Source of the DNA: the human T2T-CHM13v2.0 reference genome, Homo sapiens
Direction: 5' to 3' (one strand)
Length of the DNA stretch: 64,000 nt
NCBI RefSeq assembly: GCF_009914755.1
Contig: NC_060929.1
Shown here one piece after another: positions 13,221-26,451 of this stretch. The notes beneath the pieces were generated by a model, which worked only from the letters and a program-made list of their open reading frames with translations, had not been told where the DNA came from and ran no database searches. The translations under genes and the position numbers were made by a program. The stretch's first letter is position 1; the number at the start of each line of letters is the position of its first letter.

Positions 13221-15617
13221 ATGGATCCTTTAGGGATTACAATGACCATGTCCTCTATTTTATAATGAGCTTTATTAGGTAACTACACAATGAATCTCTC
13301 AAAGATTAAATTTAAAAAATAAGAATAAAAGCAAACACTGCCTTGGCATTAAACAAAAAAATTTTTGGTTGCCCAAACTTTATCTTTTTACATACTGTAA
13401 TCTAATCCACAAACAGCTGCCCTTCAGCTGCAACCCAAACTGCCTCACAGTTCTCAAATTATTACTAAACTTTAATTCCTCATGAATTTTCTTCAAGCCT
13501 TCTTTGAACAATGAAATGTCTGTCACAACAGCAACTTTTTAAAACAATAGTATCACTATAAAATGACTGATTCAGATTAATTCCAAACTTCCTTATGATT
13601 TAGAAATACAGATCTCAAACAATCCCTCACTCTTTATTTTTGCAATCAGTTTTAAATGGCTGTGTATACTTTATTCCAAACTGAAGTACATTTTGTCAGG
13701 GCAAGCCGAAAACAGCATTTTCTGCACTATCTATATTAACCTGGAAATACCTATGGACATAGGTGCTTACTAAATTCTCAGTTAATATGGCATTTTAAAT
13801 AGTAAACAGTTACCTGTGTGCCTCAGTAAAACTGGAGTAAGCCAAAATTATCAAATCAGATGTGTACCTAAGCTCTTCCACAACTCAACATTTTTGACAC
13901 CAAGCAGAGAAACCACTATATATAGGAGCTCGACGAACTCAATTTAAAATACAACTATATATTTCCAGCACCACATCTGAGCAGGTTTTTAATGCACAAG
14001 TTAAACTCAAGTTTATTAAGGGCTCCCTTCACCTTCATCTAAAACACATATGCCTGTATATAAATTAAATCACTCACTAATTACATCTTTTACAGACCTG
14101 AAATTGTAGAAGTTATCCTTGTTAGGAAGTTTTCTAGTGAATCTATTTTATATAGATTTTTCACATGTGTGTTATAGTCAAGTTTCCAAACAGTTGCACA
14201 GAAGTCAAAAGCTTTACATCTTTCTATACTAATTCTCAAAACCGATCTGCTGAAAAAAATGGTGGAAATTAGTGCATTGATAATCTAATTAGTAGCCATT
14301 TTCAGGATTTAAGCTCTACTATATTGTATTATATTTTAGAAACTGTCTTGTAAAAGGACCTAGTTCACCCAAAACTAAGTCCCTGAACTTTCAGAATAAA
14401 ATATTAAGTTATAAAAATGTACTCTTGTAGCTAAGTGAAAGCTGACCATTCAGTTTATAAAACAGTAATCTTACATCGTGATAAGCAAAATAAAACAAAT
14501 TAGAAAATGCACTATGCTTTCACTCTAGCCGTTGTCAACAAGGAGCCCAGCTTTAACAAATTACTGTAGATAACAGTCATTACGTCAGGTACGACATAGG
14601 GTAAAAAACTGATCTCATACAGAATGTCTACAACAAGTTTTTTTGTTTACTTCCTAAGGTGTTTTATAGACCTCAGAAACTGATTCTGTACAGCTGAACC
14701 GGGTTACACTCCAAGCTACAGCCCGTGTGAAATATGACTTCGTCGGAATCAGTAGGCTCAATCCTGTTTACCGTGGAAGAGAAAAGAATCTTGTACGTAA
14801 CTACTAAATCTTCAACGAGATAATGTCGAATAAACTCTAGTACTGTAAGTGATAGAGGAAACACTGGCTAGTAACGGGATTAGGTCATTAAAAATATCAC
14901 CCGAGTTTCCCCAGTTCGGAAGGTGTAAACAAACCCATCTCCACTGCAGAAGGTAAACAATGAACCTGCAGCAGGGTGAGGGGGCGGTCTTTAGCCAACT
15001 ACAGTCCCAGCGGCCCGGGAAAGGGAAGCAGAAGGGAAACAGCATAAACCAGACATTTAGCAGTAATGACCAGTTCTAGGTTTCACTACCAAGTTATCAA
15101 TGCTGCGGGTCCCCACAGGACGGTGGGCAAAGGGGAAAGCAGTCACGCAGTCGGCAAGCACCGAGCAGGTCCGGCTTCTGCTCCGGGGACGGGGAGGGCA
15201 GGATGTGGTCGCTCTTCCCTCAAACATCCTCCTGCAACCTAAATAACAGCCTCTACCTCCCTCCAGCTGCCCCTAGCTTGGGCTGCCGGACTCCGGGATA
15301 GGTGCAAACCACTCTGCCGGAGCTCGAGCCCAGAGGGTCGCCGGGTCTGCCGAGTTCCACTCGGGGCTCCCCCGCACCCGCAGCAGCCCGAGGCCCGGAG
15401 AAGGGCTCGGGCGAGGGAAGCGGGCGCTGGGTAGGGGGATGGGTCCGGCGAGGCGGCCCCGGGCTCGGTTCCCGCGGGCCGGCAGGCGGGGCTCCGGCTC
15501 TGGCCCCCGCACCCCGCCGGTCCCGTGCGGGGCCCGCCCCTGCCTCTGGCCCCCAGCCCCGGACCCGGCTCCTCCCCAGCAGCGCGCCCTCGCGGCGCCC
15601 GCGGCGCCCCGCGTTAC

Positions 15618-15665
15618 CTCGGGTCAGATCCAGCGGGACGTTCTCCTCGCCGCTGTCATTCCGCC
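15618..15665 (-). CDS. RICTOR: RICTOR coding exon 2 (48 nt; G-RNDSGEENVPLDLTR-E)
   Basis: Acceptor tgtgtgtctgtttcgcgcag with branch CTAAT at ~15692-15696; donor GAG|gtaacg. The peptide continues exon 1 and matches the RICTOR N-terminus. Confidence 0.97.
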
Positions 15666-15835
15666 CTGCGCGAAACAGACACACAGCCCCAATTAGGATT
15701 GGCTCGCAGGCCAGCTGCGGCTGCCCTGGCTCCGGCCAGCGCCCCGGCTCGCTCCCCAACCCAGGGCCAGGGGAAGGCAAGTGCCAGGGGTGGCGGGCGC
15801 CGGGCGGTGGGGAGTGAGGGTTGCAGCGGGCTTAC

Positions 15836-15884
15836 CTCGTACTCGGAGGTTCTTCAGAGAGCGGCCGCGGCCGATCGCCGCCAT
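15836..15884 (-). CDS. RICTOR: RICTOR coding exon 1 (49 nt; MAAIGRGRSLKNLRVR-G), mTORC2 scaffold subunit
   Basis: ATG at 15884 in context aatATGG; donor GAG|gtaagc; 170-nt intron 1 (15666-15835). The peptide is the recognisable RICTOR N-terminus. Confidence 0.97.
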
Positions 15885-16789
15885 ATTGACGGGTTTCAGT
15901 CACAACACCGGAAACCTCGCCCAATCGCGCGAGAACCCCTTCCCCTCCCCGCGCGCCGCGCCCGCCCCCCGCGGCACCTCCCCCGCCCCCTCGGCGGCGA
16001 CGGCGGCGGGTGGTGCAGGCTCGGCCCCAGCGCTGAGGGAGCACTGAGCCGACCCAAGGTCTGCAAGGAGTTCGCGGCACCCGCCCGCCCACGCCGGACC
16101 CGGAGGGCACGTCCGCCGGGAGGGGCAGTTCCCACGAGGAAAGTCCCATTGATGCGAGTTGGCAGTGTAGAGGATGCTCCCCTCCGGCCGCCGCGGAAGC
16201 CGTCGTCCAAATGCAGGCGAGCGGGGAGGAGGAGGCCGGGATGCGGCCGGCGGGCCACCTGCTCTCGCCGGCCTGCCAGTCTCCTGCTTGCTCTGAAGCC
16301 CTGCCATAGACGGCCCCGCTCCCCCGTGTATCCACTGAAACATTTTTTTATAAAAACGCTGCGCACAGTTTTAGACTCCTTTCCTGGAATCGCTTTGCTC
16401 CAACTAAGTTAACACGTAACAAAGTTTGTTTTCCAGCCTCGCCCTTGATCTTCAGAATGCCCCTCTCGGCTAGGAGGGCTTCTCCAAGTGGAAGTGGTTA
16501 GGCAGTTTTGTTTTTGGCCGCCAGGCGTAGGACGCGAGAAGGGGGTGCAGCGGCCGGGGACCAGGGCGGCGGTCCCCGCGGTGGGATCGCGCCAGCGCCG
16601 GGAGGCCGGGGAGAGGGTGTTCTCTGCCGGGAGCCGAGGCGAGGCTGCTGGGTACTGTGTCCGGCTTTTATGGCTCTGCAGCTCCTAGGATCGTGGCTCA
16701 TGCAGGTGTTGTGGATTAATCTATTTTATGCATAAGCCTATTAACATTAGGGATTTTAATTCTAGAAACTGCTTAGTTAATACGTATGT

Positions 16790-16791
<2 letters not shown>

Positions 16792-16885
<94 letters not shown>
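16792..16885. repeat. Perfect (AC)47 microsatellite
   Basis: 94 bp of uninterrupted AC dinucleotide, counted directly. Confidence 0.98.
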
Positions 16886-16887
<2 letters not shown>

Positions 16888-17169
16888 GGCCACTGACCCA
16901 GCAGCTTTCTCTTGAACTACATTTACTTTAAAGAGAGGAGCGATTTGTCCTCTCCAGTTCCTCAGCTCATCTTTCTATTCCATGAGACTGAAAGTTAATT
17001 AAAAGTGGAGATCTAGCCTTAACCAGTTCTGTTTTCCCAGCTCCCAGTTAATGCAATATCTGGCACAAATAAGTATTCAATAAATATCTGTTGGATGAGT
17101 AAGTGCCCTGGATTTCTAATTTATTCCAATTCTCTGCTTACTTTAAAAAAGAAAAAAAAAGCAATATTG

Positions 17170-17550
17170 GGGATATTTGTTGAAGTTGTTAATAAGAGTG
17201 AACATTTGGAAACACTTAAATGACCAAAGGTAGGGATTATGTAAATTATGTCAACGATTAAAAGTGAAGAGGTAGACTTAGTAATAGGAAATAATGTTCA
17301 TGATATTAAATCAAGCAAAATATTACAAATTTCCTGTTTTATAATAAAAGTTTAAATATGTACGAAATTAAAAATATACATTATAAAATATTTTATATGT
17401 ACATGTATGTTGAAAAAAGTCTGAAAATATACATGAAAATGTTAGCTGATTTTCTCCCCTCATTTGTGGAATTACACGTGCACTTTTTTGTTCTTGTTTG
17501 CTTGTCTCTACTTTTTAAATATCCTATAGTTAATATATGTCATTTGTAAA
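17170..17550 (+). mobile_element. Old L1M 3' fragment
   Basis: ttggaaacacttaaatgaccaaaggtagggattatgtaaattatg...aatgttcatgatattaaa...ctgaaaatatacatgaaaatgtta. Confidence 0.5.
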
Positions 17551-19988
17551 ATAAGTGGTAAGAAGAAAAATAAAAGGAACATAAAGTAGCATCATCTGGA
17601 AAATAAAATAGGAACACTGCTTCCTTAGAATATTGCCAATTATCTATATATTCCAGTTCTTTTTTTTTTTTTAAACCAAGTCTACAATCAGATATCTGCG
17701 GCTGATACTGCACTTAGATTTAAGGATGTAACACAATTACAGTACTTTAAAGAAATGTCTTCTGGCATTACCAGTAGTAGTTTTAATGTCAACAAGCGTG
17801 CTCCCTCCGTTATAGCTTTAAAAATCTTGGTGCAATTTATTTATTCTAGTTACTGCCTAAAACAAAAATCACAAAACTTGAGGTCTGGCAGAGGGTTGGA
17901 TTTCAACCCTCCATGTATCACCACATTTCACCCTTAAAGAAAAGTAGAGATCTATCAGTAGAAATTATACCAGATTCTTACAGTTGTTCTGATTTTCAAC
18001 AAATCTTTTATCATATTATAAAATCCCTCTATATTCTACATTAACTCCTTCCTAATACAATTTAACTTCATTTTCTCTCGGTGTTTTATGAAAGTTGAGT
18101 ACAACTAATCTACTTTTAAGTTACTTGAGGTACATAAGTGCCTAAATCCAGTAGTATTTTAATCATTATAACTGTATGCTATTAAAGACAATTATTCAAT
18201 TACTCTATTTCTTGCAGGAGAAAAAATTACATTCAATCTTTCATCGAAACTAGTTTTTTCTCTGTTACTATTTCAGTCGTTTGAGTGGTTAGGTTCTCCA
18301 TATTTGCTCTTAGAGTGAATGGCAGGTCTGGTGAAAAGGAACAAGTTATTAGTGTTTGCAAGTGACACTCAACTAGGAAGCAGAAGTTTAGATAAATTTT
18401 AGTAAGGAATACATTTTATAATGTGTTTGCTTTTTAAACAGTAGCACTACTTTATTGTTTATAGTCAGATTGATACTTGTTAAAACCCCTAAATTTTCTT
18501 CTTTGATACTTGCCAATTGCTAGCTATTCCTCCTTTTGAAACTTCTTTTTCTTCCTTGCATCTTTTAGCCGACCCATATGACTTACTCATTTTGTTTACT
18601 TCTTACTACTTCTCCAATTTTTATTTTGATTCTAATCTGGTCATTGAGAATGTGACTTCCTCTTCTTAGTTTTCGTTTCCCAGCTAGGTTTCATTTGCTG
18701 TGTCAGTGACTGTTTTTTTTTTTCTGGTAGTATTAGTCATTGATAAAAAATGTTCTATAAGAAGATCGAGTCCAGGACCATACCTTTGGAAGATAACTGC
18801 TTAATTCTGAGGATACAATTACTCCATTCATAGTCACTCCCTTGGTTCTATTCTCTACCCTCCTGCATGCAGTTAATAATTCTAGTATATAACTAGAATT
18901 CTAGTAATAATTCTAGTATGTAAACCATATTTTATCGGTTTGGGATACAGTTGTAATACTGAACAGAAACAAAAGCCTTATCAAAATCTTAGTTCCCTTT
19001 AATCTCTCTGCCTTGGTACATAGGCCATTTGAAGATAAAGCAAGTAAAAAGCCACAAAATTTGGTCAGACTATTTCTTGGTAACTTCATAGTTAAACCGC
19101 ACATTTGAGACATCTAAAGGCCATTTACACGACAAGCAATGAATTAAATTTAACAAATGTTACAATCCCATCCAGTGTTAATTATGTCTTGGTCACAGCA
19201 GAACAGAGCCCCTGAGTATTGTGTCTTTAAATTTTAATCTCTGTCCCAAAATCTCATATAAATTTCCTTTTAAATAATTCTTTAAAGAGACTCTCTATGA
19301 CAAACAGTTTTAAATGAAGAATAAACCTATGTTTATGGAAGATGAAGATATGTTAAAAAATGAAATCTAGAAGGGTATGCAGTAAAATTTCAACAGTTAT
19401 TATCTACAGATGGTAGAATTTGGAGTGATTTTTCTCTCCCGTTTTCTCATTTTACTTGTTCCCAAACAAATTTTTACTCATGAATTTTTTTAGGAAAACT
19501 ATTTTAGAAAAATTTTGTTGGCTATTCTAAACCAAAATTATAAACAGTTGATTATAATAATGACTTACTTAACAGGTCATTATAAACAATCAAAATTATT
19601 TGTGCATCTGTTCATTAAAAAAAACTTTTGCACATACACTGCAATACATATATATTCACTTTTTAAATTAAATTAGAACTTAAAACATAAACACAAAATA
19701 AAAATGGTTAAAAGTAATTTTTAATGTTATTTTACTAATGACACGAATACAAAGCAATGGGGCTGAATATACTTCATTATTCTCGACATTTCTTGTTATA
19801 TACTTTGTGATACTGAAATTTAAAAGTCTAGTTCTAAGAAGAGTTTATGTGGGTATAGGGTTTTAATAGCTGAGACCTCACAAAATGCAAAGTTAAAAAT
19901 GGAAGAACTACTGTATTGGCCGCATTTCTAAACCATAAAACTCATTTTCCCATTTCGTCCACCCAGTGATACAAAAGCTTTTTGAAAT

Positions 19989-20106
19989 GTAATTTGGCTA
20001 ACAAATATCCATCTTCCCTAATGTCAATCAGTTTTCCTATCAAACTAGTAATTTGGCTAACAAATATTCATCTTGCCTAATGTCAATCAGTTTTCCTATC
20101 AAACTA
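19989..20106. repeat. Tandem duplication, 2 x 59 bp
   Basis: Copies at 19989-20047 and 20048-20106 differ at two positions. Confidence 0.95.
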
Positions 20107-21063
20107 GAAGACATAACATTTAGAAATTTTCAGCAAAATGGTTGCAAAACCATTTATCTGAAAGATTTTGAAGCAGATTGGGAAACTCTGTTCCCATGAT
20201 TTTCAAGTGTGCAGATATGAAAATTTATATATGTGACACATTTATATTTTAAGTTTTTTCAGAAAAAAATCACAAAACTGAAACACTTTCAAATATCTGT
20301 TTTCTAAATGCTCTCATCCTAGCACAGGTTTTTTGGAAGTATTAAATTTCTTAGTTATTGTTATCACATCTACCTTGAAGGGAAATTTTTTTTTAATTTT
20401 TTTTAAAAAATCTGATAGGTAACATGCTACTCGAAGCCACCAGTCATCATGAAAAAAAAGCTTGCCACTAAATAAATAGTAAACACCTGTATAATACAAA
20501 AGATTTTCTTCACCTCTCATTTCAAAGTGTGTGAAAATTAAACTTTTTAAAAAGTCTTATTTATACAAAATTATCACATGTGGTACTATCTCTGTACTTC
20601 TGTATGAACTCCTTTTTAAATTGATGGGAACTGCTTCATCGATTTTCATAAAACATTGTTCTTATTAAGGAAGTTGTTTACTGATAAGGACACCTGGTAT
20701 TTGGTACTTTTACTTTGATGGCACAGAAAAAAGCTTAACAGAATTAAGCCAACACCGTAAGCTAAGACATAGTTAGAAATATTTATTCTTTCATTCAACT
20801 GCACACACAGCAAAGCTTGTTCATAATGCTTATTTGTTCAAATGCCTTTTTCTTCAAATCTTCAGCCTTCCCCTGCCCCACCCCTTTTTCTGCTTTGGTT
20901 GACCAATAGGTTTGCGTTTTAGTTTTGTCAACAAATATTTTTCTCTGTTTTTTTTTTTTTTATTCCCAGCCATTTTTTTAACCACAGTAGGAAATAGCAC
21001 TATATTCCCAACTGATATGTTCCTTTTTGTCTGTTGCTAATAAGAAATCTTTCTCTTTTCACA

Positions 21064-21371
21064 GGACAGGGTGGCTCATGCTTGTAATCCCAGCAGTACG
21101 GGAGGCTGGGGCAGGAGGATCCTTTGAGCCCAAGAGTTCCAGACTAGCCTAGGCAACGTAGCAAATCTCGTCTCTACTAAAATAGTAATAATAATAATAA
21201 TAATAAGTTATCTAGCATGACGTCATGCTCTTGTAATCTCAGCTATTTGGGAGGCTGAGGTGGGAGGCTCACTTGAGCTCAGATTTTTCAAGGCTGCATT
21301 GAGCTATGATCACACCACTGCACTTCAGCCTGGGTAGTAAAGCAAGACCCTACCTTGAGAAAAAAGAAAAA
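21064..21371 (+). mobile_element. AluJ
   Basis: Diverged dimeric Alu with J-type wording (gagcccaagagttc, aggctgcattgagctatgatc) and a (taa)n linker. Confidence 0.88.
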
Positions 21372-23434
21372 AATCTGTCTTTTTGCAAAGTAATGGATTC
21401 AATATTGCATGACTTCTAACATCACAGAAAAAATACAGAAAATTATCTTTATTTTCTGTTTATGTTAAAAATATTTTGCTAATCTGGTAGCTTTATAATA
21501 GCTGACATCTCAAGGAGCAATATATAATTAGACTCAGATAATAGTGAAGGATAATGCATATAAATTCATATTTCACATAATTCTAATATTTTTAATTTTA
21601 AAAAATGTTGGCTGACATTGTGACATCTGATTGCATTATCATTGCTTTTTCCTTGTAATGAAGCTGATAAAGTGCTAAAATCAGAAGTATCAAGTCTGCC
21701 ATATTTTAAAACCTGTACTGTGCTTTTATTATTTGTGTTACATACAATTTCTTTGCAAGATTCTTCTTAAGCCGTGTGTACATTTTGTGAGGAATAGTTT
21801 ATAATATCCTCCTTAAATCCACTTACCTAGATAAAGTATATGGCCATATGCCAAAGTGGAGAGAATTCCTGAGTCTGTTGTGAATTCTTCTGAGTTGTAG
21901 AACTCCCAATCTTCCCTCAGAATACTTATATGACTCATGTCAATTTAACCTTCTGACAAGATGACAGCTCCATTGTTAATATGTATAATAAATATTAATA
22001 GTTTACCTTTTTCTTTCATTTCATTTCTTTTCTTTTTTCTGTTCTCTCTCTTTCTTTCTTTTTTTTTTTTTTTGAAGGGGGCACGTAGGGGTAGGGGACT
22101 AAAAAAATTCCTCCAAATTCCTCCACAAAAAAAAAAAAATAACAAAATAGGACACTGAAGTCAGAGTGAGGAGCAGTGAGCAACTAGAAAACTGGAAAAA
22201 AGGTCCTCTCTAGCTATCTAGATCTGAAGACTAAGCCACTGCAAGGTAGGAAAGCAGAACATCAGGCTCTTGCGTTAAGTCCAGGATCCTAGAAGTGGAC
22301 CAAAGTGGACCCAGGTTGGTAGTGCCCCCTGGCTTTCAGCAGTAGCAATTACAAATCCTTTTTGGGGAAAGTCCATTACTTCATCAGTTCCTAGGATCGT
22401 CACATATCAAGATCAAACAAATAAAAGCTCACATTCAAAGATCATTAAACTCATAGAAAAAACTGACTATGAGTAAGAATCCGTATAAATCAAAATAAAC
22501 AGAATTCTATGCCAAGGACTTCAGATATTGATGATATGAAACAAAATACAAAGTAGCTATTCCATATTAAATAATTTTTTTCAAATGAATTTATTATTCT
22601 ATCCATGATAGAATAATGATTGTTGGATGTACCTTCCTACAATAAACAATTGTTAATTTAGACAAATATATGAAACAGCAGTGTTTAGGCACTGGACAAT
22701 AGTGTGGCACTATGACCTTGACATAAAAGGAGCAAAAAAGGTGAGTTTCACCTTCCCTCCAGCTTTGAAAATGCAACACAAAATTTGTGGAACCTAAACA
22801 GAGCAGCAGTCTCACGGAATGGAGGAAAGAAAAACTGAAGTCGAGATGAGGGGCATAATACCAGAGATGAGAGAGCTGTGCAAAGTAGGAGCTCCAGAAA
22901 TCTGCACTGGGATCCCTTTGCTTATTTAGCTGAATTTTAAGCTGAACAAGCATAGGGTAAGACTCAGTGAAACATGGCAAAGAACAGCCCCTGGGGGCTC
23001 TGAACTAAATGGAGATTCCAGAGGTTGCAGATTGCTGAAAGACATCCAACCGGCAAGTAAAGAGACTTTGGTGAACACTTTGAGTATGCAAGTAAGACAC
23101 CCAAAAGGCTATACGTTAGGAAATGGGTTGCACTGAGATCCCACAAAGGCCATAACTTATCGAAAAGGATACATCAGTCCTAGAATAAGGCTGCTATAGA
23201 TATACCTAAACAGAGTTCAAAGTCAAGCCCCAATAGGATCAAGCTGATCTCCCAATAAATTAACTAAAGAACAGGGTTTAAAACTAAACTCAAAAATACA
23301 ACAACAATATTCCAACTCTCCGACAAATCACATTGGTAACGTTCAGCATACAGCAAAAATTTTATGAGATTTGAAAAATGAGGAAAATGTGACTCATCCT
23401 CATGAGAAAAAAATCAATTAAAAACAAGACCAGA

Positions 23435-23768
23435 GGCCGGGTACAGTGGCTCACGCCTGTAATCTCAGCACTTTGGGAGGCCGAGGCGGGCAGATCATGA
23501 GGTCAGGAGTTCGAGACCAGCCTGACCAACATGGTGAAACCCCGTCTTTACTAAAAATACAAAAATTAGCTATGCGTGGTGATGCATGCCTGTAATCCCA
23601 GCTACTCAGAAGACTGAGGCAGGAGAATCGCTTGAACCTGGGAGGCGGAGCTTGCGGTGAGCCGAGATCATGCCACTGCACTCCAGCCTAGGCAACTGAG
23701 TGAGACTTCATCTCAAAAAGAAACAAAACAAAACCAAAACCAAAAACCAAAAAACAAAAAACAAAAAC
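23435..23768 (+). mobile_element. AluS (Sg/Sx-like)
   Basis: Full dimer with a patterned A tail; imperfect TSD caagac(c/t)aga. Confidence 0.92.
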
Positions 23769-24568
23769 CAAGACTAGAGAAAGCATGGACATTGGAATTA
23801 ATAGAGTTTCATAAATATGATCAAAGATTTAAAAGAAATGTTGGACACAGTAAGTAAACAGATGGATACTCTCTAGAGAGAAATGTATTCTGTAAAAAAT
23901 AACCAAGTGTGCATTTTAGAAATGAAAAACACTGTGCCAGAAATGATGATATATTAGTCAGAAATTCACTAAATGATGACAGATTGTACCCTAAAAAAGA
24001 AAAGGGTTGTGAATTTGAAGACAAACCAACAAAATGCATAGAGAAGAAAAAGACTGGGGAAATAAGGAAGAAGAAAAAGCCTTAGTAACCCATATAAAAA
24101 AAATCAGGCAGTCTGAAATATGTGTAACTGAAATCCCAGAAGCAGAGGAGAGAGAGATTGGGGCAGAGAAAATGAAGTAATAATGGATAAACCTCTAGCT
24201 AAATTGACCAAGAAAAAAGAGACAAGCAAGAAATAACAAATATCCAAAATGAAGGATGGGCCATTAGCATAGAACCTATAGATGTTAAAAGTATAGGAAG
24301 GGAATATTAACAACTTTATGCCGATAAATTTGTTAACTTAGATGAGGTGGACCAAATCCTTTAAAGACAGAAAACACCAAAGCTTACTCAAGAAGTTATT
24401 TGGTAGATATGCAAAATGATTATAAAGTTTATATAGAAAGGCAAAGGTCTAAAATTGTCAGCACAATACTAAAGAAACACTATCTGAATTCAAGACTTAC
24501 TCTAATGCCAGAGTGAAGACAAGACAACTTTAGAGAAAGGATGTATATATAAACTAATAGGACAGAAA

Positions 24569-24936
24569 TGTGTTAGTCTATTCTCACACTGCTATAAAGA
24601 CATACCCAAGACTGGGTAGTTTATAGAGAAAAGAGGTTTAATTGACTCACAGTTTCTCAGGGCTGGGGAGGCCTCAGGAAACTTACAATCATGGCAGAAG
24701 GGGAAGAGGCACGTCTTAAATGGTGGCAGGCAAGACAGCAAATGAGCAAAGGGGGAAGCCCCTTATAAAACCATCATATCTTTTGAGAACTCAGTGACAA
24801 TCATAAGAACTCCATGGGGGAAACTGACCCTGTGATCCAATTACTTCCCGTCAGGTCCTGCCTTCGACATGTGGGGATTATGGGAATTCCAATTCAAGAT
24901 GAAATTTGGGTGGTGACACAGAGCAAAACCATATCA
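24569..24936 (-). mobile_element. THE1-family solo LTR (MaLR)
   Basis: tgtgttagtctattctcacactgctataaagacatacccaagactggg...gacacagagcaaaaccatatca. Confidence 0.9.
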
Positions 24937-25972
24937 TAAAGAGCTCACAAAGTATATATATTTAATTAATTATTGATGAAGGTACAAAGACAATTCATTG
25001 TAGAAAGAACAGTCCTTTTCAACAAATGGTGTTGGATCAATTGGCTATCCACATACATATAATGAACCTTGATCTGTATGTTACACTGTATGCAAAAATT
25101 TACTCAAAATGAATCATAAATCTAAATGTAAAATTGAAACTACACAACTTCTAGAAAAAAAATAGAAAAAATTTCTGTAGCCTTGAGTGGAAGAAAGGAG
25201 TTCTTAGATACTATACTAGAAACATGATCAATATGAGAAATAATTGATGGATTGAAGTCATCAAAAAGAAAAACTTCTGCCCCTAAAAAGACACTTTTAA
25301 GAGAATAAAAACAGAAGCCACAGACTGAGAAAATGTTTTCAAATCATGTATCTGATAAAGTAATTGTATGCAGGCTATATAAATACCTCTCAATACTCAC
25401 TAATAGAAAACTAAACAATGAAAAAAATGGACAAAAACTTGAATAGACACTTCACCAAAAAAAATATACCCATGGAAAATAAGCATATAAACATTACTCA
25501 GTAAAATTAGTTATGAAGAATATGGTCATTAAAACCACAATAAGATATCACTACATACCTATTAGAAAGGCTTAAAAAGTACATAAAAGGAAAATACCAA
25601 AAATGGCAAAGATGTGGAACAAGTGCAACTCTCTCACACAAGAGAGGTGGGGACACAAAATAGCTCAGAGACTTTGGAAATCAGTCAGCCAGTTTCTTTT
25701 GAAGTTACACATGCACTTATCGTACAACTCAGCAATCCCACACCTAGGTGTTCCCCCAGTGAAATAATAACTTATGTTCACATGAAAATCTGGATGTGAG
25801 TATTTATAGGGGCTTTACTTGTTATTGCCAAAAACTAACAAACTAAAGTCAACCCAAATGTCTCTCAACTGGAGAATGGATAGACAAATTATGGAATAAT
25901 TGTACATTTGAATACCACTTAGCATTAAAAAGGAACAGATTACTGAATCACAAAACAATATGCATGAATTTC

Positions 25973-26451
<479 letters not shown>

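Larger units (their letters stand above)
15100..16700. promoter_or_regulatory. RICTOR: CpG island / RICTOR promoter
   Basis: Very GC- and CpG-rich stretch spanning exons 1-2. Contains GC boxes (cccgcccc at ~15961 and ~15982), an ETS core CCGGAA (15908-15913), CCAAT (15921-15925), TCGCGCGA (15925-15932) and a YY1 motif GCCGCCATATT over the ATG. No TATA box. Confidence 0.93.

Noticed and set aside
16400-16720. Possible first exon of a divergent plus-strand lncRNA
   Set aside because: GC-rich and plausible for a bidirectional promoter, but I found no convincing donor site or downstream exon in the sequence.
15253-16735. Long overlapping ORFs (up to 295 aa) on both strands of the CpG island
   Set aside because: Expected from stop-codon scarcity in very GC-rich DNA. 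They are low-complexity Pro/Arg/Gly/Ala translations; only the spliced RICTOR exons 1-2 are supported.
16728-16931. ORF with a poly-(His-Thr) tract
   Set aside because: Simply the translation of the (AC)47 microsatellite.
18877-18920. Nested short palindromes (ttctagtatataactagaa; ctagaattctag)
   Set aside because: Stems are too short and AT-rich to support a structured RNA or MITE call.
18100-19100. Possible ancient CR1/L3 LINE remnant
   Set aside because: The resemblance is too faint to call by eye; it needs a Dfam search.
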